64,000 nt of DNA from Amphiscolops sp. MND2022. Its lineage: Eukaryota. Each line of letters starts with the position of its first letter. Position 1 is the first letter of the stretch. The position numbers and the translations under genes were made by a program. A model generated the notes under the pieces. That model ran no database searches. It was not told where the DNA came from and worked only from the letters and a program-made list of their open reading frames with translations. Below are positions 12,519-25,274 of the stretch, piece after piece. The DNA lies in the NCBI GenBank assembly GCA_964187785.1, contig OZ076409.1, forward strand, positions 43,526,001-43,590,000. The letters run 5' to 3'.

Positions 12519-15500
12519 TCAGTTGCAGACACGTTGATTGTTTGCCGACCTTGATTGGACATTGATTTGTTTGCAAAAAGACTACAGGCTCAACTCTATC
12601 CTGCTAGTTCGTTCCTTTATCTATCTTTATACATGGTCTTCTTTATAGGCGCAAGCTGCTCAGATAACGCCTCTGATTCATTAGAACGCATCATGCAAAA
12701 GGGATTAAAAAGAAAAATTTGTCACAAATCTATAAACCCACACGCCCTTAACAGTAAGAAATAGACCCGAAACTTCTAACAGAGAAATAGAGCCAAAAAT
12801 GGGTAACTTGGCACAATGTGATCAGTATTTTCTTTTCCAAACATTGAAGCAACGGTAATACATCCTGTGTTCATTCAAGAACATAATAGCCGTTATTCTT
12901 CACGTTCAAATGTTCACAAATGTTAAAGAGCATGGGGATTTTTATTCTGGACGTGAAGACGCGTCTCACGTCAACCCGGAAAAGGAACAAGCTAATATTC
13001 AATGCCGACCTCAAGAGAATATAGCCAAATTTTGCGACTGGACGCAAGTTACTTCATACTATATTGAAGAACCATCACACCCTTAGAAATCTGATCAGCA
13101 AAAAAATCTATCTCGGAAAACCAACCATGTCCGAGAAGACGGAAGAAAGCCCAAAAATGCAGTCGTCTAAGTGGGGTAAGTCACTCAAAACAGTCATTTA
13201 AGCTTAGCCGCCTCAGGGGCTTCAGTGTATCAGTAGGAACTTTGTCAAATAACCTACAATAGGTGACTATAACAAAAAGAAAATCAAAAAGGCAAGGATA
13301 TGTATCACTTGCACTAATACTATTGAAAACGAGCCGGCAATTTCTTGCGAATCTTGTGAAAAATTGTCTCATGGCAACTGCGTGGGACACACAAAACAAC
13401 CGATTGAAGTGATAAACGAAACTGAAGTGGCAATGTGATTCTGTAAACCATGCACACCCACAGTGAAAAAGACTATCCAATCAGGCTTGCCAAACTTGCG
13501 TCTTGAACTTGGAAAAACGTCATGACAATCGAAGACAAGGTCGCAATTGGGATTGCACAAATCGAATCTTTAGCTTCCGAAATTTTTGAAATAATTGAAG
13601 GCATTCATGACGCTTGCACTGCATGCAGGTCCTTAGTTTCTGTCCCGAAACCTACATTGATGGAGGTGAACATATTTCTCCAACAATACACTAATACACA
13701 AACGAAACACAAAATGAATTACGCAACGAAAAGCGCCAATTACGCAACCAATTGGAATAAAGATGCCGAAGGAAAACGCCTACCAAATGCTCTAATTGTA
13801 AAAAGAGTCGACACAGGAATCAGCGATGAGACGCTGGCGTGGCAACTCTACACAGACAATGAAAAGGTCACAATCAGACGTTTCATCAAAAATCAAATAA
13901 TGCCCGAATGACCACGGTCAAAGTTGACTCACCAAAAAGATCTTCGTTAGACATCGCATTAGCAAACGACCTTTTTGTCAGACAACTGTTTTTCAGACCT
14001 ACCGAAACCATCGAGAAAACAGATATTCACGTGACCAGATGCTTCTGCAATTTAGCACTATCACGAAATTTGAGTCAAAACTTGCGGGCAATCTCAGTAC
14101 CGATAGCTGTCACCAATCAGAACAAAATTATAAACGTGGCAATTGTCTGAAAGATTACTCTTCATGATCGAGAGATTGCCTTGCCTACCTGAAGACTGTG
14201 GAGAAGTTGTATCAAGGTGGATTGGTACCTCTACTGAAACGATTACAAAACCAAATTGACAGACTTGTCATCAAAAACAAATGACCCGCATAACAATAGT
14301 AATAATGGCAGGTTAATCACTCATAGCTCAAAAGTTTTTTTAACCTGAACCAACGATGGCTCCAAGCAGTCAATTTAACAGAGACACACCGCGAACCAGC
14401 AGCACATGAAGGTATTAACTACTCCGCCATTAGCTACCGTGGGATGACCGGTCAGAGAGGATATTTTATTTTTGTCGGAAAAGATATCACGCACGTACCG
14501 AAAACATTCAATGCTCCTTTTGACTCTGGTTGAACCATTATCATTATTCACAGAGTACCATTTTTTTGGGATCTGTTAACATACTACCAACAAGCAGCTC
14601 AACGAAACTAAAAAGTTTCATCTGTCACCTACAGGAAGCAGTGACTTTTTCCAAAAAACACAACCTCGATCTTCTTCTGGGGGGTCACATTAGTTCCAGA
14701 CACTCAAAGTGGGGAGGGAGAAAGATTGACGAAAGAGCACGGCAGAACTCTCGTGAACGCTTTACATGATCCCTCCAGGTTGTTAAATGTCCTCAACGAC
14801 GGACAACCCACTTTCGTGTCAACGAACGGGAGCAGTGTTGTCGACCTGCTGAGCATTAATGGAGAAGATACGAAAGAAGTCAAATATAAAAAGACTTGAA
14901 GAACGCTAAATAAGAAGGATATTCCGAATTTGTAGAAAACCTACTATTAAAAGTGATAGATTCCAAAACAATGGGCACCAAATCCTCATAATTGTTACTG
15001 AGTTTTTCGAATTTGATTTTCGATTAGCTGATACGCTGACGGTGTGGTGTAGTCTTATTTACCTTGCTTCCTCAGAAGTTTTTGACTTTTGATAATTCTA
15101 CAACCAGCGATTTTCATTTAGAGTTCTGTTTGAAATGTGAAGAAGGACTTCTTTCCATTGCAGCCCTGAACACTGGATCGTTTTGGGGTGGATGGTGTGG
15201 TTATCGAGAGACTTTCTCGAAGTTTTCAAAAAACGCAGGATGTATTCCAGTTCGTCGGAGGTGAAGTCGCAGTTATACCACCTAGTCAAATTCTATCTCG
15301 TGTTTTGCGGAATGTAGGGCTTGTAGTGATTTTTTTCTACTGTTTTCTACTTGTAGCTTGAATTCTTCGTTGAAGCTAAGTTTCTCCGAAAGTTTTCCAG
15401 TGAAAAAAGATTTACGAAATATATCAGCTTTGTCTTTTTCAGCAAAAGGGAATTTTATTCTGTTTCAACAACGGGGTAACTTTGTCAGTCAAAGCTTCAT

Positions 15501-18095
15501 TGACACGCTTCCAAATAGCCTTTGAGTGACTATCGTTAACGTCTTCGATGGAGCTCTACAATATCCGCTTGCTTTGTTGTTAACAATATTTTCAAAAGAT
15601 TGTTTAAGATCTCTCTCAAAAGCTTCGGGTTATGCGCCGTGCTACGGCATGGGTAGTTTTTCAAAATGGAGTTCAGGTTCATGTCTTTCTGAAGCAGTTT
15701 TATTTGCTACTAATTGCCAAATCATTCTCAAACAATTGAAAAGGTGATGCAAAAATTGGAGGATTGCAGTCATTGGTGACAAGACATAAATCATCTACCT
15801 CAACTCTGAGAACACGCATGTCCCATTTTTTTCAGAGAGGCCTGGAAGTTTACCAGAAACACAACAATTGTAGTGTTTGACTATGGACAACAAAATGAAT
15901 TTAAACGAACATCAACGGCGAGTAGAAGGGAAAGTTGCTAAACAGCTGAATACATAAAAAAAGTTTTGCAGCTCTAACTGGTGGCCAAGCAAGTAACGCT
16001 CATAAAGCTTCACAAAACTCTAGTGCTCCCCGACTACTGTACGCGGCCCCTGTATGGGCCAGGAATCACATTCGAGCCTTTAGAATATTCCAATACACCT
16101 CGCTCAAATTTATCCTAGGTACAATTGCAAAGTTTAATCAGTTGGCTGCAGAAATACTTTGCGGTCTCCCACCTATGCAATTACAAATCAACATTTTACT
16201 ATAAAATTTGGAATCAAGCATTCTCAGCATCGGGAGATATTGTTGGGACTGTCGGAAATGTCAATTGCCAAAAATAAGAACCGAAAAAACCTCATTGACA
16301 ATTTTTATAAAGTCACAGGCAGGAAAGTTGGCTGCAATGTCAAATCGGGTATTTTGAAATCGAATTTTTGTGTGATCGAAAAACGAAATCGAAAATGGAT
16401 CGATAAAGTTGAGATCAAGCTGTTTCTGCGAGGTTTGTGCTGCAAAGCGTTTAAAATATTTTAGGCACTTTTCCCCAACTAAAATGGGGTCGTATATGGT
16501 GTATAAAAGCTCGCCCACATCGTTGCAATGGTCAGCTCAAACTACGATCGCTTCGCGATCTCCGTCCCACCTAGGTGTTTGCTCCTGTTCGACCTCGCTT
16601 AGTAAAATGGGAACTTAAGCGGCCCCAAGGTGCCGCGGTGCACTAGAGGAAATGGGGACACATCCGAGGGCTAAAAAGATTATTTGAAAATGCTTGATAA
16701 TTGAGAACATTAATTCGATCTCCTTTTTTGACCATTTTACTCCGATCTCAATGAGGGATTGCATATTCACGCAAATTGAATCGATCCAACCATCCACCAC
16801 CTGCCAAATCCGGCGGTAATTCCATTTCCCAGCGGTTCGATTCCAATTCCAAAAGTTTATAGAAATCAATTACAATTCCAATTCCTGAACGCCTGAAATT
16901 CGGCGTAAATTTTGGTTAAAAAATTTCCAAGTTCTTTTTCGGAATTTTGACACTTCGAATTCCTAACGTCCAATCATTAGAGTCGAAGAACAGCGTCGAA
17001 TCTAGTCGAACTCCTGATGTCGAATAATTGGTGAAATTTTTTCAATTTTCAGTCGAATTATTCCCGTTTGTTTGAATAATATGGCTAATAATACCACTAC
17101 TAACTACACCAAACAAGCCTTTTCCAACCTAATATGAGGTCATATACGGTGTATGCACGTACGCCGTCACCGTCGCGAAGTCCAGCTCCCACTACGATCG
17201 CTTCGCGATCTCCGTTCCCGCTAGGTCTTTGCTCCTGTTCGACCTCGCATTCTGTGACATCTGTTACATTTGTGTCACTGACTAAGGTTCCGATGTGGAA
17301 TAGTTGCCGAATTGAAGGAAATATGGCGCTGTTATATTGATGTTACGCAATCTTCTACAATCTTTGTTTCAACTTAATTTCAGAATTACAGTGTTGTTTT
17401 TGATTATTTCGCCCTATTTTCACTTCCTGTTAGAGTTCTGCAAAGTAGTCTCAACGTTTAGGCAGCCGCGAAGGGGTTATGCCCCGTGGCAATTCCGAAA
17501 GAATATTCAGTTCCAATTCCTGTACTCGGATGTGACTCATTTCTAATTCTCGATTCCTACGGAAGTGTCGATTTTCATTTCCATTAAAATTCAACTAGCT
17601 GACAACCGTGGTCACAGGTACAACAAATGGATACACGGTGTCAACATGCCATGAGTACTTGAAAGGTAGTTGGAAAAAAGTTGACCAACGCGCTCACGAC
17701 TACCACACTGGATTGGATAATCACTCAAATTGAATTGGAAGGGATTGCTTATCCAAAAACGACAAGCAGACACTTAGAGAAAACTATCAGCAAGCTCCTA
17801 AATTGCAACGTGGAAATGGCAGAATATGCATACAAAATTCGTCTAGCAGAGACCCCACTCTGTTCTTGTACAGCAGACACAGAATCAATCCTGCACTAAT
17901 TATTTTTTGCCCTCTGTCTGAGAAGTTCCGTGCACGCGAACTAGCCACAGGAAATATCTATTCACTTGCCTTAGACCACGAGCCTAATAAACTTCAAAGT
18001 AGAACAAGACAGTACTCTACTAGTTGAGAGGCAGAATCTCTGAGGCGATGACTAAGAAAACTCCAAATTTTAATTTATTTACACTGAACTGATAT
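12519..18095 (+). mobile_element. Decayed, rearranged LINE (I/Jockey-like group): SGNH-like ORF, PHD + knuckle ORF1, APE, inverted RT segment, C-terminal CCHC
   Basis: MVFFIGASC.. at ~12633 and WVTWHNVI at ~12800. PHD CITC..CESC..H.NC..*FCKPC at ~13300-13455. Knuckle remnants at ~14030-14190. APE-like LLLGGHISSRHSKWGG and PTFVSTNGSSVVDLL at 14660-14850. Minus-strand ORF2-like piece at ~15000-15850. Post-RT LIKLHKTLVLP at ~16000. ETPLCSC...ESILH...CP at ~17850-17915. Interrupted by MITEs at ~16320-17610. Confidence 0.7.
16479..16670 (-). mobile_element. Hairpin-rich MITE core A (diverged copy) with GATCG-repeat arms (~16330-16800)
   Basis: Reverse complement of the ~190 bp module at 59072-59267 (GATCGCGAAGCGATC hairpin, GCGGCCCC/GGGGCCGC-type hairpin). 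A second partial copy lies at 17128-17248. Confidence 0.8.
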
Positions 18096-21000
18096 CAGGT
18101 GCCAAAAACTTGTTTATCAGTTTAACCCCAAATTTACCATTTTAGGAACTTCGCGAATTCAAATCCGCAGTTTCAGAAGTATCGCGAATTAATAGACGAT
18201 GGATACTATTTCCAACCGGTGGCCTTGGAAATTCAGGGTTCTTTAGGCGAGAGCAGTGAAATTTTCATCACGCGTCTCTGTAAAATGCTCTGTCGTTCGC
18301 ACGATGATCAACGAGCTGGCAGCTTTTTGAAGCAACGGATTTCAAGGGCTCTTCAGAATTACAGTGTTGTTTTTGATTATTTCGCCCTATTTTCACTTCC
18401 TGTTAGAGTTCTGGAAAGTAGTCTCCCCGTTTAGGCAGCCGCGAAGGGGTTATGCCCCGTGGCAATTCCGAAAGAATATTCAGTTCCAATTCCTGTACTC
18501 GGATGTGACTCATTTCTAATTCTCGATTCCTACAGAAGTGTCGATTTTCATTTCCATTAAAATTCAACTAGCTGACAACCGTGGTCACAGGTACAACAAA
18601 TGGATACACGGTGTCAACATGCCATGAGTACTTGAAAGGTAGTTGGAAAAAAGTTGACCAACGCGCTCACGACTACCACACTGGATTGGATAATCACTCA
18701 AATTGAATTGGAAGGGATTGCTTATCCAAAAACGACAAGCAGACACTTAGAGAAAACTATCAGCAAGCTCCTAAATTGCAACGTGGAAATGGCAGAATAT
18801 GCATACAAAATTCGTCTAGCAGAGACCCCACTCTGTTCTTGTACAGCAGACACAGAATCAATCCTGCACTAATTATTTTTTGCCCTCTGTCTGAGAAGTT
18901 CCGTGCACGCGAACTAGCCACAGGAAATATCTATTCACTTGCCTTAGACCACGAGCCTAATAAACTTCAAAGTAGAACAAGACAGTACTCTACTAGTTGA
19001 GAGGCAGAATCTCTGAGGCGATGACTAACAAAACTCCAAATTCTAATTTATTTACACTGAACTGATATCAGGTGCCAAAAACTTGTTTATTAGTTTAACC
19101 CCAAATTTACCATTTTAGGAGCTTCGCGAATTCAAATCCGCAGTTTGAGAAGTATCGCGAATTAATAGACGATGGATACTATTTCCAACCGGTGGCCTTG
19201 GAAATTCAGGGTTCTTTAGGCGAGAGCAGTGAAATTTTCATCACGCGTCTCTGTAAAATGCTCTGTCGTTCGCACGATGATCAACGAGCTGGCAGCTTTT
19301 TGAAGCAACGGATTTCAAGGGCTCTTCAGAATTACAGTGTTGTTTTTGATTATTTCGCCCTATTTTCACTTCCTGTTAGAGTTCTGGAAAGTAGTCTCCC
19401 CGTTTAGGCAGCCGCGAAGGGGTTATGCCCCGTGGCAATTCCGAAAGAATATTCAGTTCCAATTCCTGTACTCGGATGTGACTCATTTCTAATTCTCGAT
19501 TCCTACGGAAGTGTCGATTTTCATTTCCATTAAAATTCAACTAGCTGACAACCGTGGTCACAGGTACAACAAATGGATACACGGTGTCAACATGCCATGA
19601 GTACTTGAAAGGTAGTTGGAAAAAAGTTGACCAACGCGCTCACGACTACCACACTGGATTGGATAATCACTCAAATTGAATTGGAAGGGATTGCTTATCC
19701 AAAAACGACAAGCAGACACTTAGAGAAAACTATCAGCAAGCTCCTAAATTGCAACGTGGAAATGGCAGAATATGCATACAAAATTCGTCTAGCAGAGACC
19801 CCACTCTGTTCTTGTACAGCAGACACAGAATCAATCCTGCACTAATTATTTTTTGCCCTCTGTCTGAGAAGTTCCGTGCACGCGAACTAGCCACAGGAAA
19901 TATCTATTCACTTGCTTTAGACCACGAGCCTAATAAACTTCAAAGTAGAACAAGACAGTACTCTACTAGTTGAGAGGCAGAATCTCTGAGGCGATGACTA
20001 AGAAAACTCCAAATTTTAATTTATTTACACTGAACTGATATCAGGTGCCAAAAACTTGTTTATCAGTTTAACCCCAAATTTACCATTTTAGGAACTTCGC
20101 GAATTCAAATCCGCAGTTTCAGAAGTATCGCGAATTAATAGACAATGGATACTATTTCCAACCGGTGGCCTTGGAAATTCAGGGTTCTTTAGGCGAGAGC
20201 AGTGAAATTTTCATCACGCGTCTCTGTAAAATGCTCTGTCGTTCGCACGATGATCAACGAGCTGGCAGCTTTTTGAAGCAACGGATTTCAAGGGCTCTTC
20301 AGAATTACAGTGTTGTTTTTGATTATTTCGCCCTATTTTCACTTCCTGTTAGAGTTCTGGAAAGTAGTCTCCCCGTTTAGGCAGCCGCGAAGGGGTTATG
20401 CCCCGTGGCAATTCCGAAAGAATATTCAGTTCCAATTCCTGTACTCGGATGTGACTCATTTCTAATTCTCGATTCCTACGGAAGTGTCGATTTTCATTTC
20501 CATTAAAATTCAACTAGCTGACAACCGTGGTCACAGGTACAACAAATGGATACACGGTGTCAACATGACATGAGTACTTGAAAGGTAGTTGGAAAAAAGT
20601 TGACCAACGCGCTCACGACTACCACACTGGATTGGATAATCACTCAAATTGAATTGGAAGGGATTGCTTATCCAAAAACGACAAGCAGACACTTAGAGAA
20701 AACTATCAGCAAGCTCCTAAATTGCAACGTGGAAATGGCAGAATATGCATACAAAATTCGTCTAGCAGAGACCCCACTCTGTTCTTGTACAGCAGACACA
20801 GAATCAATCCTTCACTAATTATTTTTTGCCCTCTGTCTGAGAAGTTCCGTGCACGCGAACTAGCCACAGGAAATATCTATTCACTTGCCTTAGACCACGA
20901 GCCTAATAAACTTCAAAGTAGAACAAGACAGTACTCTACTAGTTGAGAGGCAGAATCTCTGAGGCGATGACTAACAAAACTCCAAATTTTAATTTATTTA

Positions 21001-21275
21001 CACTGAACTGATATCAGGTGCCAAAAACTTGTTTATTAGTTTAACCCCAAATTTACCATTTTAGGAGCTTCGCGAATTCAAATGCGCAGTTTGAGAAGTA
21101 TCGCGAATTAATAGACGATGGATACTATTTCCAACCGGTGGCCTTGGAAATTCAGGGTTCTTTAGGCGAGAGCAGTGAAATTTTCATCACGCGTCTCTGT
21201 AAAATGCTCTGTCGTTCGCACGATGATCAACGAGCTGGCAGCTTTTTGAAGCAACGGATTTCAAGGGCTCCTCAG
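17380..21275. repeat. Tandem array of four 973-bp units (MITE piece + LINE C-terminus + CRE-like RLE C-terminus)
   Basis: Identical ORFs at 973-bp offsets (17681/18654/19627/20600). Junction microhomology TCAGA at 17380, 18353, 19326, 20299 and 21272. Confidence 0.98.
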
Positions 21276-21347
21276 ATCGGCAATGCGGCCTGTGTTCTAG
21301 GAACTGTGAGCGACAGAGATGCGTTCGAAGAAATTTATTACATATAA
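21093..21347 (+). mobile_element. 3' end of a CRE-clade-like (restriction-like endonuclease) non-LTR retrotransposon
   Basis: KYRELIDDGYYFQPVALEIQGSLG...FLKQRISRAPQIGNAACVLGT matches the recalled CRE/RLE C-terminal pattern KY..L...Y.F.P.A.E..G..G...QRIS.A.Q.GNAA.VLGT. Truncated copies occur in each 973-bp unit. Confidence 0.75.
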
Positions 21348-21621
21348 TATAACTTTATTTTTTAAACCTTCATCATTGCACCTTTAAAATATTCTACCGG
21401 TCGACTGGGATAGTGGCTGGTAAGGGGTTCCCTACTTTCTTTGCAGACCACGGGTTTGTGTCTTCTCCCCCCAACATAATGATACACATCGCACTTGATT
21501 GATGACGAAGATCCATGATATCTGATAGAGAATTTTAAAAAATAGGGGTTGTGCAGATTCTAGCACTATTTCATGAATACGTACGATAGAGATGTTTGTG
21601 CGAGATTTTCGAACATTCAAC

Positions 21622-21750
<129 letters not shown>

Positions 21751-21950
21751 NNNNNNNNNNNNNNNNNNNNNNNNNNNNNNNNNNNNNNNNNNNNNNNNNN
21801 NNNNNNNNNNNNNNNNNNNNNNNNNNNNNNNNNNNNNNNNNNNNNNNNNNNNNNNNNNNNNNNNNNNNNNNNNNNNNNNNNNNNNNNNNNNNNNNNNNNN
21901 NNNNNNNNNNNNNNNNNNNNNNNNNNNNNNNNNNNNNNNNNNNNNNNNNN
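21751..21950. other. Assembly gap (200 N)
   Basis: Run of N. Confidence 1.
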
Positions 21951-24146
21951 TGTGGTTTTCATTGTAATGCGTCTCGAAATGTTCACAGTATATCTTCAAA
22001 GTGCTTCGCTTTAAATCATCCGTATTGAAGAAATCGATTTTTTCACTTATTTTGTTGAGCAGTCAGCAGGTACGGTAGAAAAAGTTGAACTTGCATTTCT
22101 CATATCTGGTTTGCAGCAATCGAAACGGCCTTCTTGAATTAGGCTGCAAGAATATATATTTCTCCCAATCGATTGAAAATTGACCATTCATTTTTTCGAC
22201 ATCAAACGTACATCCAAAACCTCCAAATAAAGCGTTAAAGGCAGAATTTTTAGTTTTTTGAGTCGTTCAACGTAGTGAAGATCGCTTCTGCTCAAAATCC
22301 ATTTTGTTGATAATTTCTGCACATTTTCCAATTTTTTCATATTACCAACGTTAGCATACCAAACAGAGGAACCATAACTGAGAATTTGCAGCACCATTGA
22401 TTTGTAAAGATTTAACTTCTGTGCAGATCGTAGAAAAGGCGAGCAATTTTTCCTAAGAACTTGAAGAGACTGGATACTTTGTCTTCATGCATTAGCAATT
22501 TGGATGTTCCATGAAAGGTCAGATGATATAATGACACCTAAGTCCTTTTCAAAAATTGATGATTCTATTGGACAATCGGTAAATCCAATGTCACAGTGGT
22601 ACTTGGAAAATGATAGCATGTGGCATTTATTGGCATTCAACACCATATTGTACTTATTGCACCATTGGTCAAGTAGCATAACGTCCTGAGGTAACACATA
22701 GGTCTCTTTTTGACCATGAATAGAGAGCATCTTGGAATCGTCAGTGAAACAATAAAAAGAGGACATCATACCACAAGCAAGTCCATGACATATATGAGAA
22801 ATAATGTGGGACCGAGAATTGATCCCTGAGGCACACCGCTCGATACGTTCAACAAAGAGGATTTATAACCATTGATTTCAAAAAATTGTTTTCGGTCACT
22901 CAAGTAACTACTTAATAAATTCAATAACTTCCCATAGACTCCAATTGACTTGAGCTTCTCTATCAGAATGGCATGATCAATTTTGTCGAATGCTCTTTCA
23001 AAAATGCAAGTATAAGGCTTCGACGCATATGTCGTTTATTTGCACGTTCTTGGAAATTTCATCTAAATAACAGAGTAATTGAATAGTTGTCGACTTTCCT
23101 TTTGTGAAGCCAAACTGTGATGAGTGTAATAACGGGGCAGCAAAACTGTACAAGCTGTCGAAAATACATTTTCCAAAAATCTTCGATAGAATGCACAAAA
23201 GTGTGATTGTTGAGTAGTTGGTGACAAGAGCCCGATTACCTTTTTTTTGAAAAGTGGCTTTACTTTACCAATTTTCCAGAAACTTGGAAAAGTACAAGTT
23301 CGTTTTATCGTGCGAAATAAACCATATATCGAAGTTTTCAAAGTATCCATGCGTTTAAAAAGAACAGGAGGTAGACAGTCATGTCCTTTAGATTTGCTGA
23401 CATCTAGGCATTGCATGAAATTCGATATTTTTTCAAGACTAATATCGTTATCATCGAGTAAAAAGTTTTCACAACCATAGAAATTAGTTAGATCTGAGGG
23501 CGTAGCAAAAACTGACTGGAAACATTTGTTGAAACTTTCACATGCTTCAGGAGTGCTCGAGACAGACTTCTGACCCCATTTCATAACAGCTGGCAACTCG
23601 TGGTTCTTTTTCAATGATTTGAAGAACTTGAAAAAATGCGATGACGATCGAGAATCTGCGTAGGAAAGCTGGTCTGTTTGTAACGCTGAATTTAGACTCG
23701 TTTTCAATTCACATAGTCTTTGTCGATCATGATTAATTTTGTTGACACGTCGACGTTGTGTCTGAGCAATTTTTATCAAATGCGAGGTTGAAGAACTCAC
23801 CCAAGGTGGTAGGTTGTGTCTATGTAATGTTATGATGAGAAATTATTCCGTTAAAATAGCCATTGATACCATTGTTCGAGCAAAACGTCCGGATTGGTCC
23901 AGCAGTAACCAATAAAAGGCGGCAGTAAAATATGATCATTCGAACTGTCAAAAGTTGCACGACAAAAACTGAATTGAACACTGGGAATATTAACTCTGCC
24001 CTCATTGTTCCGCGGTATCTCGATGCTCAGTGAATAGTGATTAGACGCGTGCTTTCCATTAATAGAAAAAGAATCATCAATATTATAGTCCCTTTCAATG
24101 TTGATCACGGGGAAGTTGACAAATACAAGGTCCAGAGTAGAAGTTG

Positions 24147-24700
24147 TAAATGGTCTCTTGGCTTAATGCCATTTGGTTTAGAGTCTTTTGGCTTAATACA
24201 ATTGGTCACTTGGCTTAATTTTTTTGAGCTAAGTGTCTCGGGTATTGATCAATCGGCTTAACGTCATTTGACTTAAAACCACTTAGTTGAAAACACGTGG
24301 CAGATTTTGTCGAGTTTATCTTTATAACGTAGTCATCGTATTATTATAACATGTCATATCAAGTACCCCTCGGATATGTCGCCATTTCCTCTAGTGCCCT
24401 GTGGCCCCTTGAGGCTGCTTATATTCCCATCTTGCTAAGCGAGGTCGAACAGGAGCAAAGACCTAGCGGGAACGGAGATCGCGAAGGGATCGTAGTGGGA
24501 GCTGGTCTTTGCGACGGTGAGGGCGAGCGTGCATACACCGCATTTGCTTCACATTATGATATTTCCGGGAGTTGACATATTTATTCCTTGAATTGGAATG
24601 GAGATAGCTTAATTTGTGGTCACTTGGCTCAAAATTTTTAAGCCAATTGACTCGACGAAAAAGTTAAGCCAAATAGTATTAAGCCAAGTGACTGGTAACT
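24147..24700 (+). mobile_element. Mutator-like MITE (TTGGCTTAA-repeat arms, core A at 24368-24556) with 10-bp TSD
   Basis: GTAGAAGTTG is duplicated at 24137-24146 and 24701-24710. TTGGCTTAA repeats on the left face TTAAGCCAA repeats on the right. Removing it restores the CR1 APE frame. Confidence 0.8.
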
Positions 24701-24725
24701 GTAGAAGTTGATGTTGTCTTGAAAT

Positions 24726-25064
24726 GGGTGGCTGTAAATAGGTCGAATTTTTCTGGTCGAAAGGACAGAAGTCGAAACTTTTGACCGAATTGCAGGGATC
24801 GAATGGAGTGCGGTCGAATTCGATCGTATTTGTTGTATGGCTCGGTCGCTTCGCTCCTTTCGCCAAGTAGCAACATTGAGGCATGGCCATGAGGCACGTC
24901 GCTTCGCTCCTGCATTCAGGGCACTAGGGGTATGTGAACATATCTGACTACGTTATAAAAATTTCGATCCGAGTTGTTTCAATCCCATTCAAAAATTTGG
25001 TATGTCGACCTGAGGACTAACTCTGATTTTCGATACCGTTCCTTCGACCTATTTCCGCCCACCC
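24726..25064 (-). mobile_element. Mutator-like MITE (22-bp TIR, core B) with 9-bp TSD
   Basis: TIRs GGGTGGCTGTAAATAGGTCGAA / TTCGACCTATTTCCGCCCACCC. TCTTGAAAT is duplicated at 24717-24725 and 25065-25073. Second copy at 60775-61123. Confidence 0.88.
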
Positions 25065-25136
25065 TCTTGAAATTAACAATTTGATCCATCCTTGTGTCAT
25101 TTAGGAGGTTCGGAACATCAGCTTCATAATCATTTA

Positions 25137-25274
25137 CTACTACTACTACTACTACTAAAAGACTGAATTGATACTAGTCAACACAAAAGAACAACTTGAT
25201 GATAACATGTACAGATTTTTTAACAACAGCTACATTTCAGGAACATTGTAGAATTTTCAGAAACATTTCAGAAA
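25137..25274 (-). mobile_element. Very short 5'-truncated retroposon insertion with (TAG)n tail
   Basis: CATTTA is duplicated at 25131-25136 and 25275-25280, with (ACT)n at one end. Removal restores MDSIN|DYEADV in the CR1 APE. Confidence 0.7.

Noticed and set aside
13436..13440. TGA at the conserved PHD Trp as a sign of an alternative genetic code
   Set aside because: The element is full of other stops and frameshifts, and the host MIF-like gene ends in TGA.
17380..21275. CRISPR-like array or tandem gene cluster
   Set aside because: No repeat-spacer structure, eukaryotic context, and the ORFs are TE fragments.
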